From NCBI GenBank assembly GCA_010909165.1, contig MU008208.1, forward strand, positions 215,545-279,544: 64,000 bases of DNA. Reading direction: 5' to 3'. A program made the position numbers and the translations under genes. Source of the DNA: Anthoceros angustus. Taxonomy: Eukaryota > Plantae > Anthocerotophyta. How positions within the stretch are numbered: position 1 is the stretch's first letter; every line of letters begins with the position of its first letter. Shown piece by piece: positions 11,655 through 22,853 of this stretch. A model generated the notes under the pieces. That model was given only the letters and a program-made list of their open reading frames with translations. It did no database searches and was not told the origin of the DNA.

Positions 11655-14547
11655 AAATGTGGCGCGACTTTTCTTGACGGCCAGGCGCGCACAATCCGTG
11701 TCGTTGTAGTAAGTCGCTCCCAAGAGAATGATAGGCTCCGTTTGCCACGTTTCAATCGTTTCTCACCTCAACGCCGTGACCGTTTGAGACTCAACACCAC
11801 GTTTATCGTTTTACGACTAACTACTCGTAACGTCCACCGAATAGGCTCGGCGTGGCCAAACGTTTAAGGACTCGTTCGGCGTCCGTATCATTCGACCGTC
11901 TGTTCTTCTTCTAGTCCGTTCTCTCTCTCGCTTCACTCCGCGCCGTCTTGGGGAAAAGGCGGTGGGCTGCGTGGTCGGGACCTCCTCGGCTCGTTCACGC
12001 CTCTCCTCCGCTACACGCCTCCCGGAGTCCCTCCGGCCACACTGCCCGGCCCGCCCAACGCCGGTCCGCCTCGACGAGCAAGGGTCTCCATCATTCGCCC
12101 GCACACACCACCACGTTAGGGTCGCTCACCGGACCGGACTGCCTCCGAGTGCTGCTCAGTGACTCAGGACTCACGTTAGCGAGAAGACGCACAAGGGTCT
12201 ACAAGAAAACGCGGTATCCACACCAAGAGAAAGATACTTTACTAGAGCAGTTTCAGCCCTCTTATACTACGCCCAAGTGCGGCGTCTTTATTACACTCCT
12301 ATTCTCTGATGGCCAGCTCAGTGTGCCCTAATCGGCCGCCTACCATTGTTCCCTCCCTACTATCGGGCTGATGTGGCCTGGAGTGCCCTTGGTTCCGCCT
12401 CGGCCTGGCGACCCCACCCGTTCCTCACATGGCGCACTTAATCGGATGATCCGCGAGGCGGAATTCCCTCCCGAGACCCTATCAGCCAGCTACCTGGCAG
12501 CCTCGACAACCGTGGTAACCACCACATCCTCCTCTCTTGGCCTTCGAGTGGGTACCCGCTTTGTAGGGCCACCGGTTGACTTCTCCTCATGAGCAAGTCG
12601 GGGGTGACTCCCTCTCTCCTCCTGAGTCCGGACCTCGGGGTCCGGTCTCGACTCCTGGGTCCGATCTTCAGAAGTCGGCCTTATTTCCAGAGTCCGGACC
12701 TCAGGGTCCGGTCTCGTCTCTGGAGTTCGGACCTCAAGGTCCGACCTTATTACTAGGGTCTGGTCTTCAAGTCCCGGAACCCCGACCACCTGACCACCTA
12801 CTGGCGGGGGCCCATCCTCGCTCACCGGCCCCCCTCCCTGGCTTGGGTCCGGTTGGTTTCCTCCTTCCCCACCTCCTTCGGGGCCCTCAACACCATAATG
12901 TTCTTTCCGTCGGAATAATGAACGCCGGCCCAACGATTGCCGCTTCCTCTTTCTTGTCCCTTACCAATTCGGCTCTAAAGTAAGCAACGGAAACGACCGG
13001 ACCGCACTATGCATGCAAGACTCAATAAAGCCTAGTTTACAAGATACAGTTTATTTAATGGACCTATAGAAAATACTTTCATTGGTTTTGGCCCGCACCA
13101 TCGGTAAATTTGTAAGAGAAAACCTAAACATTTATTAAAAACGCCCGCACCGCTCAAGTCATTACCCTAAACCCATAGTAGGATGCCGCATACCGTGGCC
13201 TTGCACAAAAACTCATGGTCAAACCACCGATAGCTGCTTAGGTTTCGGGCATTACATGTGTCCCGGTTCGGATCAACTCGGATTCGCTACACACATGCCG
13301 ACATAATCGCCGTGACGACGGTAATGTTTCTAAGGCGACTATCATCCGGGTCTTCGAAAGTGTTCATCGCCTTCATTGCCTCGCATCATCTTCCTCTATC
13401 CCATCAACTTCGATGCGACGCCATGTGGTCTAGTGTTTGTTGACCCTCATCCAAAAGGTCTCCAAGATGTTCTTTCATTCTCCGCGACAAGAGGCACAAT
13501 CGAGCCTTTCCAATTTCTTTTTCACTCACGCAAACCTCCTTGGCCTGTAATCGAGATATTCCTCGATGGCCGCCAGGCTGTACTAATCGGCCGCCTACCA
13601 TTGTTCCCTCCCAGCCTATCTCCGGGCTGCCTATGTGGCCTCGGAGTGCCCTTGGTTCCGCCTCGCCGATGACCCCACCTCCCGTTCTGCTGCGGGCGCA
13701 CTTAATCGGATGATCCGGGCGAGGCGACCTTCCCTCCCGAGACCCTATCAGTTGGGCTACCGTGCAGCCTCGACAACCGTGGTAACCACCACATCCTCCT
13801 CTCTGGCCTCGAGTGGGTACCCGCTTGAGGGCCACCATTGACTTCTCCTCATGAGCAAGTCGGGTGACCTCTCTCCTCCCGAGTCCCGGGACCTCGGGTC
13901 CGGCCTCGACTCGGGTCCGATCTTCAAGTCGGCCTTATTTCCGAGTCCTGACCTGGGGTCCGTCTCTGAGTTCGGACCTCAAGGTCCGACTCCTTATTAC
14001 TAGGATTGGTCTTCAGGTCCCGAACCGGTCCCTGGCCACCCTCGGAGGCCCATCCTGGCTCACCGCCCCCTCACGGCTTGGGTCCGGTTGGTTTCCTCCT
14101 TCCCACCTCCTTCGGGCCCTCAACACCATAATGTTCTTTCGGTAATAATCGAAGTTCCGAGCGATTGCCCGGTTCCTCTTTCTTGTCCCTTACCAATTCG
14201 GCTCTAAAGTAAGCCAGAAGCAGGGGACCGCACTATGCATGCAAGACTCAATAAAGCCTAGTTTACAAGATACAGTTTATTTAATGGACCTATAGAAAAT
14301 ACTTTCTTGGTTTTGGCCCCCCCTAAATTTGTAAGAAAACCTAAACATTTATTAAAAACGTTCCGCTTCAAGTCATTACCCTAAACCCATAGTAGGATGC
14401 GGCATACGGTGGCCTTGCACATAAAACTCATGGTCACGATAGCGGGCTAGGTTTCGGGGCATTACATGTGTCTGGTTCGGATCAACTGGGATTACGCTAC
14501 ACACATGCCGGATACCTGTCGAGACGGTAATGTTTCTAAGGCGACTA

Positions 14548-17500
14548 TCATCCGGGTCTTGAAAGTGTCTCGCCTTCATTGCCTCCATCATCTTCCTCTA
14601 TCCCATCAACCCGATGCGGGCAGCCATCTTTGTCTAGTGTTTGTTGACCCTCATCCAAAAGGTCTCCAATATGTTCTTTCATTCTCACAGCGACAAGAGG
14701 CACAATCGAGCCTTTCCAATTTCTTTTCACTCCATAAACCTCCTTGGCCCAGGCGAGATATTCCTCGACGGTGCGGCTCATGGGTGAGCTCCTCTTACGC
14801 ATCGCAATACTTCATATCCATGCACTCGCTGGAATGAACTCGCACACCTCTTGTCGGCCTCAATAGAAATACAATGGCGGCGGACAACAAAGCGACCATC
14901 AAAGATGTCCCACTCACGAACAAGCATCCACTATCCGATCGCCTTCTTTGGAGAATGTCTTGATGAGCTTCATCATTAACCCCAAAGGCCTTTGGTAGGC
15001 GGGGCATACAAGTTTGTCGAGTGAATGATATAACAATTTCTTCACCACGATGTCGTGGCCAATCACCGATCTTCCATTGTTAAATGTGCGCATAGCATTC
15101 GGTAACATAACATTGCAAGTCACTTGTCTTCCTCAAACCCCATCCCTCTTGTCACATACTCAACGATATCGAACCCACCTTTGTCATTGTTTACGTTTGT
15201 CTTGTCCCGGACAAGCGAAATGAGTCCCCTTGCACCACTTCCGCCCTCTCACCAAATGGGCATCTTCAACACCATGCATGATTATCATCCGATATTGATC
15301 ACATTCTGTTAAATCATGGAAGGCGTGCAAAACATTTCCCACTTGCCAAACATCAAAGCGTCCGTCCTTCCGGCCTTTCTCGAAACCACGGGGTACATCC
15401 ATCACAAACAAAGAGTACCTTCTCTTCCTCACGTACCCTCGCATGTCGAGGATATCTCGTCCATGTACCTGATATTGCACCTTTTTCTCAGAATGTGGAG
15501 CAGTGAATTGAAGGAGTCCATCCTCTATGTCTTGGTCGGCTAGTTGTCTTTGCTCATCTTCTAAGCCCTTCCATGTGTTCACCTCATAAATGAATTGTTG
15601 AAAATTTTTGGCACGTTAACACCTCAATATCCTTCATTCTGCGGGCATGAAGGAAACCAATATTAGCATTAGACGGCCTTCATACTTGAATCGGAAGATG
15701 CCCGGCCTTCCGGCCTTATGGAGGCGAGAGGATGGAGAGGCGCGGCATGCGCCATCCTCCCTCCAGCGCCGGCGCCCCAAGGCGGGTCCCAAGGGCGCGC
15801 ATGCGTCCCCACTAGCCTCTTGGTGGCGGGGCGCATCGGCGGCGGGGTCCGAAGGAGGGCGCCGGCATGCCGGCGCCCCGCCTCAGCGGCGGGTCCCAAG
15901 GAGGCGCATGCGGCATCCCGCCTCAGCGGGGTCCCAGGGAGGCGCAGGCCGCGCCTCGCCTCAAGCGGGGTCCCAGTGGGGCGCCGGCATGCCGGCGCCC
16001 CCACCCTTCAAACCACATCAGTTCAAATCACTTCAAAACTGGATTGAAATTACCTTGCCCTCAAACGCCGTTTGGAATCTAGCGACAACTTTGTCAGTGG
16101 AGTGCTGAGGATACTCCTGTCTCACCATCTCAAAAGATGAACACCCAAGGTGCTTGGCCATTGCCACCTGAATGATATGCAACTTTTTCCGCAAAATAAT
16201 GTCATCCGACATTCCCTTCAAATCGATGAGACCAGTGACCACTTTTTCAGTTGCACTGATGAGCATTTGCTGCCCGCTTTCGCATGTTGGAATGCCTTGA
16301 AAGCAACGCCAGGGCTTCGTCTGCATCTCCTTTGGTTTCACAAACACCCCTTCTTTCTGCTTCATGTCTTCAGTGCCTTTGCGCTTCCCTTTGCTTTTCT
16401 TGCTCATACCAGCCGCCACATGTTTTTTTTGCTCAGGCAATTCACAAGCCTCCCACTTCGAGAAGATCTTGTCAACATTGGTCCAGACTTTCCCTTCGAG
16501 CTTCGCTATGCACAAGATGTGCGTTCTGTTGTCGACTTTGTTCTGTTTGTATGCATCATCTTCTCGTCCCTCATCGTCTTCGATCAGTCCCAGAACCTTG
16601 TATAAGTTGAACTTCCAAGTCATTGACATATGCAGCCATCTGCCGCAATGAGCAGTTCGTCCCTGAGGTATCTAACTTGCTCAATAAAAGACATCTTCCG
16701 GCGTTTATCCGACATTGTGTTGTGATCTATTGCCAGTACCCTCATCTCTTGTAAAGTAAGCCCACAATATACATGAGCCTCTATCCACTTGAATCGCTCT
16801 TTTAGTGAAATGTCCGAGATGTTGCATAGCAACAAATGTGTGATTGCCTCCCAAAACGCCCATTACATACTTCTTACAATTTCTTCGGTCAAGTCTTCCG
16901 GATCATCACACTCCTTTGGGTCAATCATACAGCGGTCGCCCTCTTCCACTCGTCCCTTTCCAATACGCGGGCCAAGTAATTGGACCATGCCTCATCCACC
17001 GCCTTATGCATGGAGTGAGGTGCAGGCGGGCTGAGGTTCTCGCTTCACTAACGGTTGGGCACAACCTTCTTTGCATCTGTGCATCCCGAATCTTTGGTTA
17101 GATAGTCCTCATCGTGAAAAGAAGATGCCGGCCTCTCATCATCCGTTGAAAGATGAACTGGGTATGTCATCTTCGGGAGGCTAAATTCCTTTTCACCTTT
17201 TCGCGGTGAAACATCTACATCATCCAATTGACTCGGTTTCCGCCATCTGCTTCTATGTTTCCTTTCCTCTTCCCACCTGTTCACATCCGATGATAAGCTC
17301 GTTCCGGAAGGTGTCTTCCTCTTCCATTCGGCTTGGGGATCTCCTTCTCGATGAGTCGGCCACGCCTTGTTTTCCTGTGGCGGTCTTCCGATTGCTTGGT
17401 CCCCAAAGCCTGTCACCTACATCATCGGCGCGCGGCTCCAACCATTGTGGGCGGTGCCGCCCGAGAAGATGAAGGGAGGGCGCCGGCATGCGGCGTCTGC

Positions 17501-18500
17501 CTCGCCTCCACGTTCCAGACATAAACGTGCCGGCATGTGGGGTTGGCGGAGGGACACTCAGGCGGGGAGGGCAGCATGCGGCGTCCTCCAGCTGGAGGGT
17601 CATATGCGATAGGCAAGGCCACGGATGCTCGATAGCAAATTCTTGGTTTTCTTGACTTCCTTGTCTTCGTCCTCTGCATCGATTCCATATTTTTCCCTCT
17701 TATCCGCCCTTCGGGGTTTGTCATGCTGTCTTGGTCCTAGTTCTTCATCTTCCGAGCTACACTGCATCGTTTCCCATAATTCGAGGTGCCTCGCCGCATG
17801 CTTTTCTCTCCGTGGTCAATAAGCGTGCGTGATGAAACAACACGATTGCTTGTAGAAAGCCCTCGGCTGCACAATTGCCAAAGTTCGAATCACACCTTGA
17901 GCGAGAAAGGACCGGAGGAGGTGCAGCAATTAAATCCGGATCACGGAATACTTACTTGTGGGTTGTTCATACTCTCGCGAAATGCGGTCACCAACACCTC
18001 TGGTGTGCACTTATTCACCTTGAACATTAGCGCCACCGTGAAAACCTTGAACTCATGAGGAGGGTCGTATTTCATCTAATTGCGTGGCTTAGTTGTCAAC
18101 AACATCTCAAACTCCGGGTCCCCATTCGACATGTCCAAGGTAGCCGGACAACCCATCCGACTTGCTCTCGATTAGGCTGGTCCATATCCAGTACCCACAA
18201 TTTCAAGAGCGGTGTCCACCGATCATCAAATTTTTGGCTTCCCTGAAGAAACCACTCCTTGTCCGGGCAAACAATTGCATCATGAGAATTGGTCGATCTC
18301 CTCAAGCATGGTTTCCTCCAGTTATAAGGCGTGATGCAGCTCTGGTTGCCCTTTCTTACGCCCTTTGATCCACCCCTTCCGCTCGGACTTTGTCGTGCTT
18401 GCTTTTGTGGAATTGCGGATGCGGTTTTCGATGCCCTGGCGGTGTTTCTCCACCGGCGGACCCGGATGCGCACACTGTCCTCGCCGGTCGACTTCTTCTT
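14548..18500 (-). CDS. ParB/Srx-domain + beta-class DNA amino-methyltransferase fusion (multi-exon, frameshifted in this assembly), E1 copy
   Basis: VMGVLGGNHT (~16835-16866), AHVYCGLT...LAIDHN, LFVMDVPRG (DVPR at 15388-15399), YQRPLGLMMKLIKTFSKEGDRIVDACS. GT-AG intron ~15639-16053 with a GCTAAT branch site. The 5' end is approximate. Confidence 0.75.
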
Positions 18501-19616
18501 CCTTTCTTACGCCTTGGGGCCGGCGGGTCGCCAAGTCGTCATATGTCCTTCTTGCTCCAACTTCCTCCCGATGCCATGATACCACAGCATACGGCGGTGG
18601 AAAAGCGGGCGGGTTAGATGAAATAGTGGAATTGTGCATGTAGACCGGCGTAGTGGAAAGGAATAGGCAAGGCCGGTGCGCACCTACTACCTGGCGCCGA
18701 GCGCGCAAAACGATGAAGGGAATTGGCCGGTGGCGCTCCCAATTCGACTGGCCTCTTTTGCGCCCCACTGCTGCTGCAACGACGTTCAAACGAAGCGAGG
18801 CCGCTGTGAAGGTGTTTCGCGCTTGTGGCAGCGTCGAGCACTTGGGAACATAAACCCCTGTTTGAGCCGCGATTACCATATGAGTTGCCCCGGTCTCAAT
18901 CGTTTGGCAGAGTACGCTGGTAAAATCCATGCGATTTACCTTCATTTAAATCGATTCCTTGTTTCAAATCCGGTTTACATGCGGTGGTGGCACATGTCGT
19001 TGGGGAAAGGCGGCCGTTACTCTCAATGAGTTCAAAGATTTCCGTTCGAGCATTTAAGTGGTGCATGCATCGCATTTGTCACCGCCGCCGTCTGACTCTT
19101 CTAGCTAAGACTCTACATATGTCACACCGACTCTAACGTGAGCGGTAGGTTGGAGACTAGTGTGACCTCACGAGTTCGAGTGCACCACGATGTTACACTT
19201 AACTCACGCTGCGTTTGAGGTGATCGCCGTTCGGTTTGCAATTGTATAGGCTTTCAAATGTTCCTCCAGAGTGACAATCGGCTTCCACCGGATTTTGTAG
19301 GGGCGAGGAAAAGCGATCTTGTCGCAATTCAGAGGGACTTTGATACTCGGAAGAGGAACGCAATACCGGCAGGCGCTGTGCAGGGTGTGTCGAGTTTGTA
19401 TCTCTGCGACACCGCAAACCCCGTGCAATGTGGACCATCGATGGTGTGTTTCGTCTCTCTACACTCGAACTTCATAGGAACTGGAATTGTAGACAAACCA
19501 TGTGGTCTTGCATCTGAATCTGTTGAGATGACTTCTACGGTGTGGAGGCGCATAAACATCACCAAGACTTCCTCGGTGTGTTCCCCACACTCCAAGAAAC
19601 GTGAACCTCTATGCGC

Positions 19617-22600
19617 TATGGAGCGAGTCCGGAAGTTCGAGGCATGGAGGAAGAGGACAAATCGATCGCCGACATTGCGCCGTTTGTTTGCAGCGGATGA
19701 AAGCGTCGGCACGGCTCAACCTCGCGATGAATCACCGATTGCCGAACGTATCGGGAAGGATGGGTAATGAGAGATGCTCTTTCCACCCCAAGCCCGAGTG
19801 AAACATTTGTAGCGAGCGATGTGTGGATTTGATTCAAAAAGGCGGGCATGTGGGGTTCCATTGTCCAAAAGCGATAGCGAGGTAGTGACAGTGGACTTTC
19901 GGAAACCATGCTGCAACAAGCTCTGTGTGCAAACTCTGTGCAAGGCAAACTTGCAAGAGCAGCGGTATCGTTATCTGAGGATGGGGAGGGCGGAGCAAGA
20001 AGCGTTTTTGCAGTCACTAGTGGATGTGGACATCGCGGCGAAACCTAAGGAGAAGGTCATCACACATATCATGGGAACTGGGCGCATTCGGTGTTGTTTG
20101 CAAGCATTCCGGAGAGTTCTTGCATAGGTTCCAGCGGTATGAGGAGTTGAAGGCGGTATTGTGCAATGCTCCATGGGGCGGAGCGGGCCAATCTCGGCAA
20201 CCCTCGTCGCATGCGGAGGCTGTTGCATGGATGGATTCCACTTTTCAATTCATGTCGAAAGGCGCGAGCGTCGATGTTTTCACATGCCCGATACATTTTC
20301 CAAGTTGGAAATATGGGCCCGATCAAAGGATGCGGTCCTCCATGAAGTTCGTCTCCTGCGTATTTCTTAACCGTGGAGAAACAACTTTCCAAGGTCCGGA
20401 TACCAAAATCAAACAGGTTTTCTACTTGTTCTGCGAGGGCCTCAAGCGCACTATTCGCAACACATCGGCAAGGCGGATCAAGGTTTGTTCCTTTAATCAC
20501 AAGGCGAATCAAGCGGGAAATTCGAATCTTCGTTGACATGTTGCGGCATGGTAGGGACCGTGTTTATCCAATCGGTTTTATGGCGTCATGCCACGACGGT
20601 GATAACATGTGGGCATCGGCACCATCGTGCTTACAATGGCGGTGGCGTCCATGGTGGCTGCGTGCATGATGTTTGGGCGGCATGCCGGTGCCTATGTAAC
20701 CATAGCTCCGGTTACAGCGCGGCATGCGCGCCTATGGTTACATGGCGCGTGACGGCATCCCGCTATGGCTCGTTACATCGGCGCCGGCATGCGGCCCTAT
20801 GCCATAGCTCGGGTGCGGGCGCCGGCATGCCGGCCCTATGTACATAGCTCGGAGTGCGGGCGGCGCATGAGCGCCTTTATTGCTTTGCTCCTATTACATA
20901 CGGACATCGGCGCCTATGTTCATACACGGTTTTTGCAGCAAGTCATGACCCGACCTATGAGTAATGGTTATGCGGAGGCATCGCGCGCCTATCATCGGTT
21001 TATGCGAGCAGGCGACCTATCCGCAATATGTGGACGGCGCCTATGGGCATATATTGTTCCCCATGGGTATAGTGCATGCGCAATACATGGTCGCCATACA
21101 TCCGGTGCCTTCACGCCTTAGTCCTTGCATGCGGTGAGTGGCTCACGTATGCTGTGTGGTGTGCCCGTACTCATGTAGGAGTTTTGTGGTCAAATGTGGT
21201 GGAGATCGGTGCAATCCTTGTTTTGACATGTGCATATTTTCGGTTGTGCGAGGGTGAAGGGGCCGGCGTCTCATCGACGTCTCTGAGCGAGAGGGACAAA
21301 GCGCAAAGCATCGCTCTAAAAGTTATGCTCAACCTCACAAGTACATGCTTCGCTATCGGTATGGACCAAAAGAAGACCGAAACTGCCCCATTTTATTCGA
21401 TACCCAAAAGATTTAGCGGATAGTTCACTTATTAATGTTCATGTAGTGGGCGTATGGTGCATAATTACACTTTCAAGGCGAGCGTATTTGCATTATGCCA
21501 ATTTGGAATGACGCGAATCTAACTATCAACATAATTCAAGATGTCATATTTTCATATGAAGGGTGCTTCCAAAGTGCTTTATCTCCGACTTGACAATACA
21601 TGCCGGAGAACAAAAATCAGTTGTTATTCGCATACCTAAATATGCTCGTTGACCTTCAAGTGTTTGTGAAAGTCAAGGTTGGTTTCCTTCGTTGGTCACA
21701 CACATGATCGTAGATCAAATGTTTTCTTGTTTCTCAAGCTTCCGAGACAAAGAGGCTTTTACAATAGATACAGCGGACATTCGGCAGACATTCACTCCAA
21801 AACCGAAGTGAAGATTATAAGCGTAGCGGACTTTCGTTCATATGTATGGCCGATCAGAAAGGAGCAAGAGGATATGCATACAAGGCGGCGGTGAAACTTG
21901 AACAACCTTTCCTTCCCATCGGTTCAAAATCACACGGAAGAACGGCAAGACCGTGGCCATTCGTTGTTCGCGAAGCGGATTCCACTTCACCGGTGGGAAT
22001 CAAGATGGTTTAGAATTTTTGAACTTCGTTCCCACCATTGCAGTTGGTCCGCTCCGCTTATGGCTTTGAAAGCGAAAGACAAAAAGGCGGGATGGTGGTC
22101 TGTCGCCATCGAAGGTGTGAAGCACTTGAAGAATGGGTTATTGAACTTGAGGACATACATAATGGCGGAGAGTGTGGTGGAGGTTGTTTTGGATTGATCA
22201 AGAGGAATCGCCTTATTGTGGAGAACAACATAGCTCTTGTGCTAAAAGCATGGAGATGGTACAATAGGCGGAGGCGGGGGAACTTGCCTCCGCTCCAAGT
22301 CCTCAAGAGGTTGTCCTCGTGAGCATTACTCGAGAGGTACCCCAACGCGATATGTATTTGGGGCATATCGAATATTGGTCGCCAATGACAAATTGAAAAA
22401 TGAATGGGGATATCAAGGAGATACGGAAAGGAATGTTCATCGCTACTCCATGTGCGAGACGCACATAATTTTGGATTGGGAAGGTGGGCGTGGACTTTAA
22501 TTGTGAGAAGCCTTCGCTTATGGTCCAGTGGAAACACACCGATGCGTTTGAAGGAAATATGTTGAAGAATTTTTGTTCGGGGGAGCATACGGCCAGGCAG

Positions 22601-22853
22601 GACATGAGGGTGGGAAAAGAGGATTACCAAAGAACATCCAACGGTTGTTTGTTGACAAGACTATAATCCTCTATTATGGATTCAACTTGAATGGAAGGAA
22701 ACACTTGTATGCTTGAGATAAGAAGGCCATTCGAAAAACTAAATCATCGGCTTCGCCCTTTCACAACTGTGAGAGGACGATAGCGACTGTGATAGCGGAG
22801 GTCCTATATTGGATGAAGGAATTGAGTCGAGGAGGAAATTATGCGGATGTTTG
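19617..22853 (+). CDS. Sola-like DDD transposase, E1 copy (frameshifted; intron from 20483)
   Basis: FRKPCCNKLC, GMDQKKT (~21358), LYLRLDNTC (~21577), VGHTHD (~21691). Homologous to 47279-50398; boundaries approximate. Confidence 0.75.
20680..20900. repeat. Degenerate ~38-bp GC-rich tandem repeats (GCGCCGGCATGC...CCTATG...CATAGCTCGG) in the transposase intron
   Basis: Repeated GCCGGCATGC and CATAGCTCGG units seen directly. Confidence 0.6.

Noticed and set aside
14122-14150. A separate element starting at the second AACACCATAATG
   Set aside because: The flanking LTR sequence and TSD are duplicated with it, so it is part of a tandem duplication rather than an independent insertion.
19100-19712. 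Possible third gene between the two E1 genes
   Set aside because: No recognisable counterpart in E2 and no domain motif.
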